Positions 35,501 to 50,500 of a stretch of 58,019 bases of DNA are shown here, in pieces. How positions within the stretch are numbered: position 1 is the stretch's first letter; every line of letters begins with the position of its first letter. The notes beneath the pieces were generated by a model. The model searched no databases. It was not told where the DNA came from and saw nothing but the letters and a program-made list of their open reading frames with translations. A program made the position numbers and the translations under genes. Source of the stretch: Phoronis australis (Eukaryota > Animalia > Phoronida); assembly GCA_002633005.1 (NCBI GenBank), contig NMRA01000893.1, positions 50,253 to 108,271 on the forward strand. The letters run 5' to 3'.

Positions 35501-38500
35501 TAGAGTACGCGTCCAATAAGCAATTACTATTACAAGGTTGGACAATTTAGAGTCTTGGAGCACCTTTCATTCTGATAAGCCATGGTAAATGCTCACGATT
35601 GCTTACGGTGCAAGTGTAATTATGACCTTTACTATGAAAATGAATTACAGCCCCCATATGTCTTCTTTCCTATAGTAGGTGCAAGAAATTGCACTTTTAG
35701 AAACAAGGTTGTTGACTAATTTTCTGGAAAACAAATTTTTTTCTTAGAAACCTGAGTACCAGAACACCTAGGCTGGGATTTTATCTAAATATTTGAGGAT
35801 CAAGTACAAGTTAGAACTATTTATAGTAAAGTTAGGGAAAATTCAGAGAGAAGTCGATGGTTAAGAACACGACATCGGAGGAAGGTGATACTTCAAATGC
35901 GATTCTATGGGACGGAATGTATAGCTGCTGAGGATGCGCATTTTTTTCATTTCTACATGATTGATCAAATGAAGTGACATTCGTTCTTATTTTCATTGGT
36001 CAAGAGAGAATTTGGCGGGTTGATCACATTCATGAAAACGCTATTCTTCAGTGCACTGAGAAATGACACAAAAAGAATTCATTTCCATAAATATTTGTGA
36101 ACATCCAAATGGTCTACAGGCGCTGCACCACAGGGGAGCTGAGGGGCTTTAGCCCCCTCACTTTTTTCAGTGCTGCGCCACCCATGTAACGCCATTATAA
36201 AAACTACTGTCGCATTCATTTTGCCATCACCACCACTTCTACGGTCGTCGTTCAAATTACCAACGCCACCTTTAAAACATCAGGATATCACTACCGTCAA
36301 CTACATTAATTCCATTTCCATGATGGTGTTGTTTTACATTTAGATACAAGCTCTTTATGAGCGATGACCTTCACGGCCTGTTTCTGGATATCGCAGACGG
36401 ATCTGGACACGGTGAAGATCACTGTGATTTTGTTGGAGGCGACGTGAGCACAGCCAATCTTCCAAATCACTTCTGGGACTGTCCAAGCACAACTGGTGAG
36501 CTGGTATTTTAAGAAAAAAAAATATATACATGTATGCTCCCGTTGGACACTACTGCTACGCAATGAAACCGACATAAAGTGACAGGGTCGACACTCGGCA
36601 GTACACGTGATTGTATGATGCAGTGTTGGGGATTTCAGTTTATGTCTATGTTTCTGAAATATGCTAATGATTAGGTTTTGATTTATCTGTGATATGGAAT
36701 TCAAAACAATTTTACCAAAGAAATCAGTAAATTGTTGTCAGCGGTTGCAAAATTCGAATAATGAAATAAGACAGGTTAGTACTTGTCAAAATAAAGCATA
36801 AAGACGTAGGTATTCATGGGCGGTGCAGCACTGAAAAAATGGGGGGTGGGGTGGTGGGCTATACACCTTCAGCCCCGTATGGTGCGCTCCACTTATGAAT
36901 TATTTCGCTTAAAATGTTTAGTTTACCGCTCATTGGACATTGGTATTTTTGATTCGCTGAAATAGTGTTCATTATAGCTTTATTTTGCTAAATATTGTAC
37001 CGGTAATTGTTGCAAGAGTCAAAGTACTCTAGTTCCACACGCGCGCGCTCAGCCTTTAATATGGGGACTCGAATTTCTGGCGACGTGGACCTTTTGGTAA
37101 CAAAAAAGCGGGCGGACTAAAAAAAGGAAAAAACGGGCGGACTAAAAAAGGAAAAAAAACGGGGATCCACTGTGAATTGCGCGTTTGTGATTGTTTTGTG
37201 GACTTTTGTCTCGTTTCCTCGGATTTTTTGTTTCTCAGACGTGGACCTTTTTGCCCACTTCGCTTCCTGGGCGCACGCATGTTCCATGACGGTATGCAAA
37301 GAAGACTGAGTAACTTGGAACTGAAAAGCAACAGATTTTGAATAAAACGTCAATTGTCTTTCCTGGCCATACGAATTGGTGGAATAAAATACCAATGACT
37401 GAACCATTTTATCCATTTCACTTCGAGTGACCAGGGCACTACATGTATATAGTGTAATTTCAAAAATAATCTGAACAGCCTCGAAATTCTACAAAGTTTC
37501 GACTTTCAAAACCGTGACTAAATATCCTCTTCTTAAACGTCTAGAACTTGTTTCAGTTCCAGCAAATTCTCGATAGAACCCCGAGAAGTGTGGCCTCACG
37601 CATTTTGTGGAAATCGCGACTACTTGCAACCCAACTCTTTTACAAACAAAGGATTCCCGGCTAAACGCCATCACGTCACATTGAAATTTGACTTGAGAAG
37701 AATATGCCAAGAAGCTCATACTTGTACAAGTTGGTCTGACAGAATTCTTTCGAGTCTGTCCAGTGTATTTTGAAAATTAATGTACGTGTACACGATTGGT
37801 CTTTCGTGCAGGATATTTCCGCTACAACAGCCAGCAGTCCATGCAAGTGGGAAACGTCGGCGCCAAACCCTCCTGGACCGGCAAGTACTTCGTAAGATGG
37901 TACGAGTGTGGTGTGAACATACCTGGGAACAAGACTGTTGTAAAATGTAAGTCCTGGAGGTATCTCAGACCGGGAGATAGAAATTCCAATAGTGACGTGC
38001 TGGTCAAGCTGGCTAACAGGGGGAATAAGCCACTTATGGTGTAAATGACCTACAGTTGGAGATATGACGTATAATTAATCACAATTACCGTTTTGTCAAC
38101 TTCCGGTAAGAATGGTTTTAAAATTCACCCGTTTCGGATTTATGGAAGCTGTAAAGGCTAATAAATGCCGACTTGTACATGTGTACATTGCCAAGCATTA
38201 CATTTGGAGGCACTCTGGTATGCGCGTCAGTTTTGTATTAGAAACATGTCTTTGGAAGTGTTTCAATTAATGGCTACATGTACACTGTACCTCTGGCATT
38301 AAGGTTGTAGGTCAGTCATCAACAGGCTGCACTTCGTTACTCCATAGAATTTTGGTGGACCTCTTCCAAATCGCTTAGTGGTGACGAAACGTTTATGCCT
38401 ATAAATATCACACTTTACTCCTAGTATCAAGAAGGTATCGTGGGATCGCGGTCCGCCGATGGACATTCGCGAGAATCTTGCGGTGAGAAATTTTTGGCTC

Positions 38501-41500
38501 ATGGTAGGGACTTTCCTATAAGATAACATTTAATGTTTGCGTTGACGAGAAATCACATTTACTTTCTAGTGTCGCCGGTTTCATCGGTTTACAACACATG
38601 TAGGAACTTTTTGAGCTTATTGGCGACGCACACAAATTTCACTCCAGTGACAGTGTAGGTTTGCGTGATCTCGCCAATCTATTGAATCCACTTCTGAAGT
38701 TTACATATATTACTTCGAACCGCGTTCCGTATAATAAATTTCTTGTCAGATAATTAGCGAGCTAACCCAATAGTCTTAATTGGCGAGATATGTTCGTCTA
38801 CGCATGCGTCCACGTTATCTTTGTAGACTTGACATCGTCGTCAGCAGGCGGAGTAACTGCTCAAGCCACTTCGACACCAACAATTGAAGATGCACAAGGT
38901 AACACACATTGCATTCCATTAACTGCAAGATTCTTGGGGATGGCAAAAAGTAAAAAGGTTGACTGTGATTGAATTGTAAAACTGACCATCCCGAAAAAAT
39001 GAACCAAGGACGTGATACTTTATAATACACTGGTACACGGTCTGATCATTAAATTAGTTTAATAGTTACCTCCCATCAGTTTATAGAGATTTTTGGCAAC
39101 GTGTTGGGCGAATTCAACCGATGCTATGTTCGGAATGAGGTTAACGTCATAAGGGGGAAAAGGGACTTGGCTTAACATGGATGATTCGAATATCGAAAGG
39201 CAAATCAGCTACGTTATCGGGAAAGAGCATAAAGTTACGAACTGAAGGGTACAGCAAGACAGCGAAACAACTCTCATGGGGAAAACTAGTGCAAAAAGAT
39301 TAGAAATCGTTGTTTAAATCCAACACTTGTCAATCGTTGTTTCTATTTTTTGAAATAAATGGCGCCATCCTGGTACTACTGTTACATCCACGTAGCAGCT
39401 GGATCAGACATGAAGTTTAAATCTCAAATGTGTTACTAATGTCGGCAACAAGTCACGTGGCTGTGTGGTCGTAGTCTGGCTTAAATGATTTCGATAATCT
39501 CTCCATTGAATCACTTGCAATACAGATGAAACAATTATTAATCATGTCTTATTGGATTTACTACGAAACAAATTTCCCTACTTTTCGAATTTGTCTGATT
39601 CGTTCTATTGGGTTTACTGGCTGGTTTCCACGATCTCGCCGCCCTCTGCCGGTGTAACAACTTTAAGCCCTAGACCAGGAGTAAGTTTTCTTACAATATC
39701 TTGATCAACGTTCCGTAGAGTAAGTTTCTTGCAAGGTAAGTGAGGCCACGCAAGTCTCTGCGTAACTTCATCTACGGAACGACCATGTTCTCATTGTAGA
39801 CGTGACATCCCCTTCAGCAGGCGGAGTAACAACTCAAGCCACTTCCACAACACTCAATGAAGATGAAGAAGGTAACGCCCATTAGGCTAACTACAAGCCA
39901 TGTAAAGATACAACTGCGGCAAAACTGATCATCGGCGAAAACTAAAACTAGAAATGTGTTGCTTTATGGCTTAAACGTACATGTACATGCTTAACAATTT
40001 CATCCCTCACTTAGAAATTTTTCGTCCTTTAGACAACGTTTTGGTCAAATTTGATCGATGAGCAGATATATGTTCGGACTGAAGCTGATTTCATCAGTTA
40101 GAAAGAAGAGACGTGGTTTTAGAATAAAAGATTCGAGCATGCATACATGTAGTCGAATCAACTAATTTGTAGTGGTGACGGTAAACTTCAGGACGGATGG
40201 AAAACATCTAGAGAACAAAACAAATCACATCGCCTCACAAGCGGTATTAAATTGCATAGTAACTCTTTAGACAATTTGATTCAGATGATATACTTGTCAG
40301 ATGTATCGTTGTTTGCGATTAAACCGACGAACGAATGGTGCCATCTTGGGACTTCTCTGACACCCACGTGACGGCTTGGTTGGATGTTAATTTCAAAATA
40401 AATTTTGTTAAGAGATGATAAGTGGTGTTGACCCTCACCTAAAATTCCTGGAGATGAACAAAATACTGTTGTGCTCATGGCAGCATTTAACGTTAAGACC
40501 TCTCATTATGTCCCGACTCATAAGAACATTATGATTTACTGTGTATATGCACTGTTAACGAGTGACATTACTGACATCATTTTGGTGCACTGACTTCTGT
40601 CGGTGGTGCACGGTTACTACCACGTGATCTGTTTATTTCCAATCAAGAATGCATGGCGTCACCAGACTGTTGGGTGGAGTTCAACTTCACTTACAGTCGG
40701 ACATGGACGGGCTGTCATGGGCGGCAATACATACGAAGAACAGGAGCGACAGTGGGGAGCTACATCGGTGTGGTTCTTTGCACCGCCAGAAGGTAGCGTG
40801 AGTTATCAGTGTAGATGTGGAAAACAACCATGCTATAGGCCTACATAATTTTGTCTCAGTGGCAGAGCTGCTTACCATGCGCAGTCCGCATATTAATGAC
40901 ACAAGAATTGCTTAGCACTGGACATGTAATTTGTAATCGTCCCAGTCTTGAAGTCTGTTGTTTTTGCGTGAAATCGGACACAAGGTGGCGGTGGCGGCAT
41001 GACGGCCGGTTTTCAAATCTTCTCTATGAAGAGCCATAGCTCCTTCGATGAATCTTGGCTGTAACTTGGCTCGTTAATAAATCGCACAAATACTATTAGG
41101 AGCATGCTACTCTCTTCCTACATTTGACTTTTACTTTTAGGCTCCCTTTTATGAGCTTCTCAGGCATGGCGCCGTATTGACGTTGTAGGCCCGGTCAAAT
41201 AACATTTAAATACCAAAATTCAGTACTGTACAGCAATAATCAGTCATGCCAGATTCTACGTAGCGCTTTATATAAGTTGATACGTTTATTTTTTATTATT
41301 TTTTCAGTTATCCAGGAGTCTGATGAGTGCAATTGTTCTTGATGCACACCAATTACTCCAAACATACAATTTTGTGAAAGGCTTGTTCTAAAATGTCCTC
41401 GTGGTTACCTGAATTGGAAAAGTATCCAAGATCTGAGACATTTTTAACATTGTGGTGTGCGTGCACGTTTGTATCTCAATTTCCGGGTCCAAACCACGCC

Positions 41501-44500
41501 ATAATAATGCCAGGCACGTCATCACCAAAGTTCCGTACAGGCAGCTTTGTTTGCTGCGCTTATGGTTGTTAGGCTATTTACAGTTACGGAACAAACAAAT
41601 GCAGAAACTCTACGGAACAAATTTCGGGATACGTTATTTAAGCGTTTCCCTTCTGGTAGGTGCGATCTAAAAATCGTAGGGGCTAACGGTAAATTGTATT
41701 TTTTCTTGTACAGATATAAGCTGTTTATGGGCGACGACCTCTATAGACTCTTTTTGAACATCGCGGATGGAAGTGGATACGGCCAGGATCATTGTGAATT
41801 GATTGGCGGAAGCGTTAACTCAGAGTGGCAATCTGGGAACTGTTTTGATTCTCCGCACACTATGGGTAAGAACGTATTTACAGTTTAATTTAAAGTGGAG
41901 CTTGCTCGCTAATTCGTTTTCTCTGTCATTGCTTGGTCAAATTAGACTGAAACAGCTTATAACGACGATGTGAATATGAGCTTTGCGTCGAAAATGATCC
42001 GTCGTAAATCACTCAACCTAGCTTATCCACTAAGTATCTTGGCGTGGTGTTGGGTAATTACGTGTACACTGCTTATGTGCTTGGGCCCCCCAGCTCGGGT
42101 ACGTCACAAGTGCAAAGGCCACGTATTTGCAGAATTGTTTGTTTTCTTCAGTAATCACTATAGCAGTCTTTTTCTTCGGAATTATTTCGTTATTTTGGAG
42201 GATTAGATTATCGATTATTACATGTGCCCCAACATTGTAAGTATAACTTCTTATGCGTGCTGGACTGTTAGGGATGTTGATTCTTTAATGGGTATAGCTC
42301 TGTGGCCTGTCATTAGTGTTATCAACAAAATATATGTTGTGCAGTCAGGCATGTGCTCTAGTGTTTGTAACTCTGTTTTCGTAATAAATTATCATGCAGC
42401 ATGCACGGCTTGTTTACGTGAAACCTGTCAGTCAACTCAAAATTCCCGCCAAGTTTTCTCATATTGCAACCCACACACTCTGCGAGTAAGTCAGGTGCCC
42501 ATGGTATCACTTTAAACTTCTGAACATTTATTCATTACTGCATGCATGTCGTGCAAGCGTCTGGCTGTTCAGGGAACGGAAGTGTGACAAAATGCAAGAT
42601 GAAATTCTCGTGACGATGGACAACTTGGGAGTTTCGATTCCCCACTCCTGTCGTGGTCACCGTAAACTAAGTTCTGAATGAGTTGGCAGACCGAACGCTG
42701 GATTGAGAAACTTCAGCAACAGTTCATCTAAGCAGGCAAACTCAGTCACGCAAATTCTACCCACAAGTTCTGATACTCCGTCACAAAACTCTCGCAGGAT
42801 ATTTCTGTATAGTATAACCCCTACATTGTCTGTGACCCACTGGGAAGTGGCCTGCTGACCTACTAGATTTAACACCACATACAGTTGATCACGTGATGGG
42901 CATCATTAAAGTTTCACTGTTGCAGTTATGTAGCACCCAAGAAAATGTCAAAATGTTTTAAATTTTGTTAAAAAGACATAAGCGGATCAAGGGGAGCGGG
43001 GCGAAGGAAGTCTGGACCCTCTTTTCGTTTGATTTAAGTGATATCAAATCCAGAATTTTCAAACGCCTGAAATGGTTGACTTGGACCCCCTTCTGTAAAA
43101 AGATTCGATTCGACCCCCTTTTTAAAGGCACGTATCTCGCCTGTGAATGACGTGGTCACATAACCCAATTTTTGTCGGATTGGTCAAACTGAAACATCGA
43201 ATTTTGCGGTCTGTATACCTTTAGAAAATCGATAGACATGTAGACATTTGTCTAAATGTTTATACGTGTAACCCGAAAAGATATATCTTAGTATATAGAA
43301 ATGCATAATAGCTCCGCAGTAGCAACCAAACGCCCAACCACCGAGTCACAACTATTTTCTCCCTGTTTAGATTTTCTGTCAGTGTACTTCCAGAAGATAT
43401 GTTTAATGTCAAAACTGTGTCTCAGAATTTTTTGTTTGGTTTAAAATCAAGAGACATATCATTCTTAGAAAATTGCTGAATACTGAATGACATTCCATTA
43501 AAAGACATCGGTTATGGTAAGAGGTAATCTCAGACAAGGGCCAATACTGAAGGTATGTTTTTTCCCTAATAATGCACCTGTCGAAAACGACATTTTCACC
43601 GAAACACATGATCGCGTGACCACAGGAATCTGGTAGCGTGGTTGGCCTCGACTCCTAGTTTCAGAAAATGTATATATTTATGGTTTTATAGTTGCTTGTT
43701 ACTTTCTACATTTCAAGAAGAAGAGAGTATTCAATTAGGGGTGCACATAACCTTAAGGAATTTTACGATTGCAGGATATTATCGCTCCTTCAGTCAAGAA
43801 AGGATGACTTCCGGTCCAATTGGTGCGATTCCCTCCTGGACCGGCAGGTACTACTGCAAATGGTACGAGTGTGGCGTTGACATACCAGGCAGTCTTAGAG
43901 TTGTCGAATGTAAGTCGTTTTACGATTGCACTCAAGTACTGAGAATAGTAGTTTTGTTTGACGAGGAAGTATACAAAAGGATGTGTTTGTTTCACAAACC
44001 TGATGCGATGGCATTTTTTATCAGTTTTCCTCGTAGTGGACTGGCCTGCATTTGGAATTACTAGGTTTTTCTATACATGTACGTTACATTTGTTTTTAAG
44101 AGCACCGGTTGATGTGTTTTCTTTAAAACCGCAATTTATTTACAAGCTATTTCTTTTCCTTATCATACTTGGACACACAGGTCTCCAGGAAGTCAAAAGG
44201 TGGCGCTTGCTACAAATTTAAATATTCACGGTTTTAATGAGACGTAGCATTTTCAACTGGTGTCAGTGAATTCAAGCATGGAAACGAAATGAATCGTAGA
44301 CAATTTTGCACGTGTACACGTGAGCGGAATATCACTCTGCGTGGCAGTCAATAAATTTACAAAACAGGGAAAACTATATTTGTGTGCCCATGCGTATTCC
44401 TTACACTACACTTCAGCAAAAATATGGTGCTTGCGCGTGGCAAAAAACGCTGCAAACAAAGTGGTGAAAAGAATTCCACTTTTATAATTCCAGCTACGTG

Positions 44501-47500
44501 TCCTTAAAGTCCAGTCATTGGCCAGCAAACCACGTGTTTTGCATTCAGTGAATATACCTTATTTGCGAATACTCGCGTAGCGATCTTGCCAAATTCGAAA
44601 TAGCTTCAACCTTATGAAACGCTTAGCCGGCCAGGGCGTAAACCCAAGACGATCACAAAGCACTTTCGACACGAAATCGTAGTTTACATGTGTGGAACAC
44701 TGGAAAACAGTGAATTCTAATTCATAATTCAACAGTTCAATTTAATCTCGAGCCCTGACTCTACTTACATGTGTGTCTGCATGGCGTACATCTCAAGGAT
44801 GAGGTAAACCGGACGGGTGTATTTGAATAAGACGATGAACCCAGGTTTTGATCACCATATCACTCGATCGAGAACTACACATTATGTTTTGTTCATAGTA
44901 ACAGTGGTTTTCTATTTTTGTATCTCGTGTCATAAAGGTTAACCAGAACGGCTTAAGACAAAATTACAAAAGACGAGATAAGTAAGCGCTAATTTGAAAT
45001 GTTAAAATACCCATGTAGGTCAGATCATATATTAGTATGGCAAAAATCTGACTAAATGGCCTCGTTTTCGAGACCTATACTACACCACGACGCAAGAGTT
45101 TGGGTTCGAAATTACATGTATATTCCAACCTCATCGACCAATTCTTTCAGTCGCTGCCATTTGATTAAAGTAACATAAATTTCGTAAGTCCCCAGGTAAT
45201 TTACAAAACACTTGTCTTTCACTAGTTTGATTTCCGTGACATTGCGCGCTTTCATTTTTGTGAGAAACGAAGCGGCGTGTTTTGCAGTCCGCAGACGTAT
45301 TTCAACTGGCGAGAAAAGCAAAATTGTGCAGGAAAGAACACGGAAAATTTAACTAGTGAAAGTCGAGCCTTTGGCGACTGAGTACGCACAAGCTAGTCGG
45401 AACCTTGGCGCAAACTAGCAATATGACGACCCCTGAATGGAATTGCTTGATGAGGCGGGAATTATGTGATGGAATTCGCTGTTTCCGATTCATCTCCAAG
45501 TACATGTACCTTGTGATTGTTTTGCCGCTACAGAGCGCAACCCGAAATATACCCTCTAACACAGCGCCACTTATACTGGAAAGTGGCCCTGAGTAAACAT
45601 GATGAACGACACACGGAATTTCGTGTGTGGGCATCATTGCGCATGCTTGGTCAGAAGTTCAACGATCACATCACCACCACTTGCACACGCCTTCTGTGCA
45701 CTGAACTTGTTTGGGCTTAAGCCACTGGATCGGGGTTTTCTTAATTTAGCTTACTTCGATCACTGCCCGTTTTAATAAATTACAACTATTCATAGTCAAA
45801 GGCGGTTGCCATACTACGTAACAGTAACTAAAAGGGGTTTCCCAGATTTCAACCATGGGAATGACTGAATGTTATGACGTCGGTTTCTTTACTTTAACCA
45901 ATGAGAAGCTATGTTGAACAACATTTCACATGGCTACCTTTCGTAGCCCTGAAAAAGTGTACCCGAAATAACTGCTGCAACTAACAACGTCACGTGATTT
46001 TACGACAGTGCGTTTGTCAAGCACCCCGTCGCCACCAACCAGTCTTGCGAACACACCAGAAGCACGAATGGTCACAACAGAACAACCTGTTACCCATGTT
46101 GCTCGACAGTTCAACCGACCTCAAAACTACACCGCTGAACTTGGATCCTTGGCCAGCTTCGAATGCTCGACAGACCCACCTACTGTCGTGAAATGGTAAG
46201 GAGTACATGTACCTTGAAAGGAAACTTTGACTGAAGAAAGGCAAGCTACTGTTTTGACATGTTCTTGTATATGCATATGTAGCTGCAAAGTGTCCAAGTT
46301 CTGTTTAAAAACACAAGTAAGGAATTAATGAATACAGGGAACTGTACAACGGAGAATCACTATTTGAATACATACTGTACCTAAGATAGAATAAACAGAA
46401 TTAGAACTTGTCAATATATAGATTTTTGATGAAAGTAAAACTGGTGGCTCGTTTGAAATTCATTCTCCTCTAAAGTACATGTAGCCTAGATACGGTGTTG
46501 TAGAAGCAGATGAGCAGCAGAATCCGACAGTGGGTCGTATTACTAGGTAAAGTGTGAGTACATTGATTATGGTCGATGAGCCGAGTTCCTTTGTAAATGT
46601 GCACCCTCAGTAGTGTTGCTTGTAGGAACACGGCGAGTGTGACTCCGGCATAGATTGGGGAATAAGATAAATACCCGTGAGTTGCGTTTGCAAGTGAAGA
46701 AGTACATGTATGTTCATAAACGTTTGAGCAATGTAGTTCGGGTAGCCTGATATCTCGGTTGTACGTCAGTTTTTCGTTGCCAAAGAGTCCTGCTCAATTC
46801 TTGCCTCATTTGCATACTGAGGGAGATCGATGTGGGTGAATCCGTGATGATGTGCAAAATAAAAATAGATACTATCGTTTAGTGGCGTGAGTCCTGTTCC
46901 TATCCGTTCACGGTAGTAGATTATGTCATTACTATCACCAGCGACGTTTTCACGTTCACTCATAGATCAAGTACACCCGTCTGTTGCTGACTATTTATTA
47001 CCTGTTTGATTACCAATATGAGCCAATCCTCCAGTGAAATTATACCCGCTGCGGTATGGTCGACAACCTCATTGCTTAGGCTACTTGACATCTGCTTCCA
47101 AGGCAGAGCACCAAAATGCGACACACCTTTCATTATCATGGTTTCATAAGATGTGGTATTAAAAAATGTACCAATTTCCTTGTTGTTCCTCTCAGCTCCC
47201 CCACCTCCCCTCCCTCTCCAGGCTCTCTCTCCTTACTCCCCCTCCCTCACTTCCTTCTCCCTCACCCTCCCTCCTCACACCCATCCATCCCGAAGGTTCC
47301 TCGTCATAGTTATATCTATAATCACAGCTCACCCTTTTGCAGGTACCACGAGGACTCAGACCATTCCATGGAAACTAGCACAAACGTTGAAGTGCACCCA
47401 GAAGGATTGCTCATGATTTTGTCCGTTCAGCAAAGTCATGCTGGAAAGTACACGTGTAAAACTCAAAGTGAATCTGGACCCAACTTTCAATCTTCTGCTT

Positions 47501-50500
47501 ACCTGCTGTTGAAAGAGGATCACCTACCTGGATTGTGCAACAGTTCGTATAACTGTTCTCGTTATACTGGTCTTTTGTTATTTGAATTGTATAACAGGAA
47601 GTCAACGTCTGAGCCTATGGCGCGACTCCGTAGATAACATGCATAAGGCAGTGGAGTCACTAGTAACCATCAGGGAACTTCGTCGCGTGTGCTGCCCACC
47701 GTAACAACAACAACTGGTCACGTAGCTACGTTATATTACGTTTATGTATGGTGTCAGCTCTTGGTAAATTAACGAAATAACACCCTGTCGGATTCATTGA
47801 TTAGAATTTCATTCTAGAAATGAGTTTAGGACTATCTAACCGGGCGTCTGAGAAGAGCGTATACTGTAGCTCTGAACGTGAGGAATATTTTAATATTCTT
47901 TTAATACCGCTGTTCGTCTTTTTATTTTACACCATTTTACCAAACTGCAACTAGCGTTTCTATTTACCCGTATACTGCCAAACGTGCACTGCATGTTTTG
48001 ATTTTAGATCACTTAAAATTTAAGATTCGCCTCAGCCTGTTACTTACTCAAATTAAGAGCGGATTGTTGCCTGGGCTCCAGCACTTGAAATCGTTTAACA
48101 CACGCTGTTCATGTAGTTGTTTGTTCCTGGTACCACCATTGTTTCAGAAACGCCAGCTTGTGAAGTTCGATTCGTCTATTACTGAGAGTTTGCATTAGTA
48201 ATTTGATTATTTGCATAGTGAATTTCTATAAAGTAAAGTTCAAGGATAGGTTAGCTTTGTGTGTCGCCCGTTTGACTATTGGTTAATCTTATGTGTAATT
48301 TCGCCAAACAATTTGGAAAAGTGAAATAATCAAGGATTAAAGTCAAGTTAAGCAGGAAATATGAGGAAGGAGCTTGAGTTCCAAAATGGATTAATTAACA
48401 AAACCAAACTGTCTAGGAAAAATTAAAGACCTTCTCATTAAATCTTCTGTAGGATTCAGACTGGCCCCGGAAAATGTAACACTTCAGCAACGAGAGCAAC
48501 ACATATTCGAGTGCGAGGCAGAGATAACCAGCGACATTACTTGGCACAGAAACGGTCGCCAAATACCCAGATGGAGACCTGGAAGGCGCCTGGGGATGCT
48601 ACTAAGTAAAAAATTCTTCATAAGGAGTTCCCATTTGGATGATACTGGTGAATACTCTTGCACCGCTATCACACCAAACGGTTGTCGGATCCAGCACACA
48701 TTTCGTTTGGCTGTGGTGTCACGTGATCCCGACGGTAAGCGTTTGCAAACCGACCAACACACACTCTTTTTAGTAATAAATTGCACTTCTGACTTTCGTG
48801 GTAGCTTGAAGAGTTGTTGCTTGTCAAAGTGTGCAATACAAAGTGATGCAGAAGTATTACCCATGTTTTTCTTCCTAAAAAATTTCTCAAACTTAACAAA
48901 AGAAGATTAGGGTAATGTTATTTTCTACAGAACTGCCAAAATGTTCATTCTGTGCAATTTGATAAGGTTCACCTTTTTGTTGCCAGCCTATTTACAGGAT
49001 GGCATACCGTTTTTGAGGGCAAGTGAGGTCAAAAACAATGTCTTTTTGGAGTAAAATACCTTAATAACTTCCACCCTTCATATAAAACTGTTTGGTAATC
49101 GCATGGCATTATTGTGCCTTTTTGGGCTCGAGGATATGAATAACCAATTGGTACTGGTCAGTTTTGAGTGTACGTTGCGATGTTTGACAAATTCTGGGAA
49201 GTTTCGTGGAGAAAAAAGGAGTGTTGCAAGGGATTACCATTGGTTGCACCAGAATGGGACAAACCCGCATACAGCTAGCATGGCACTTGATTGGCTTAGA
49301 CAGAGGTTTGTGAGGAAACGTTATTAGCCGAAGACATGACATTTGATGGAAAGCACAGTTGCTGGATTTGAGGTCGTTTAATGTGTATTGATGACTTTAC
49401 TAAAGACTGTGTTATTACAAATAATTTTGAAAAAATTTGAGAAGCCGTGGGGAGAAAGAAATTGCAAAAATCAGGCAACACATTCCTTAATGAATACAGT
49501 CGCGTGATCGACAATTTTACTCTCGACATGCAAGCGTGCTTGCAACAAAGTAAGGGACACTTACGGCAAATTGTAACCAGTCATAGAAACGGTAACGAAT
49601 CAATAACAATCTGATTTGTAAAGTTGAAAAACGTAAATGTATTTATACTGAGCAAAGCCTTGGGCTCACCCACTTCACGTAATAACACCCTTGTTTTCCT
49701 ACTTTGTCTGCTCCTTGACTAGTTTGCCGCCCTTTCAAGCCTACTACATGTATGTGCCTGCTTACCTGTCTACCTCCCTGGCTAACTCCCNNNNNNNNNN
49801 NNNNNNNNNNNNNNNNNNNNNNNNNNNNNNNNNNNNNNNNNNNNNNNNNNNNNNNNNNNNNNNNNNNNNNNNNNNNNNNNNNNNNNNNNNNNNNNNNNNN
49901 NNNNNNNNNNNNNNNNNNNNNNNNNNNNNNNNNNNNNNNNNNNNNNNNNNNNNNNNNNNNNNNNNNNNNNNNNNNNNNNNNNNNNNNNNNNNNNNNNNNN
50001 NNNNNNNNNNNNNNNNNNNNNNNNNNNNNNNNNNNNNNNNNNNNNNNNNNNNNNNNNNNNNNNNNNNNNNNNNNNNNNNNNNNNNNNNNNNNNNNNNNNN
50101 NNNNNNNNNNNNNNNNNNNNNNNNNNNNNNNNNNNNNNNNNNNNNNNNNNNNNNNNNNNNNNNNNNNNNNNNNNNNNNNNNNNNNNNNNNNNNNNNNNNN
50201 NNNNNNNNNNNNNNNNNNNNNNNNNNNNNNNNNNNNNNNNNNNNNNNNNNNNNNNNNNNNNNNNNNNNNNNNNNNNNNNNNNNNNNNNNNNNNNNNNNNN
50301 NNNNNNNNNNNNNNNNNNNNNNNNNNNNNNNNNNNNNNNNNNNNNNNNNNNNNNNNNNNNNNNNNNNNNNNNNNNNNNNNNNNNNNNNNNNNNNNNNNNN
50401 NNNNNNNNNNNNNNNNNNNNNNNNNNNNNNNNNNNNNNNNNNNNNNNNNNNNNNNNNNNNNNNNNNNNNNNNNNNNNNNNNNNNNNNNNNNNNNNNNNNN

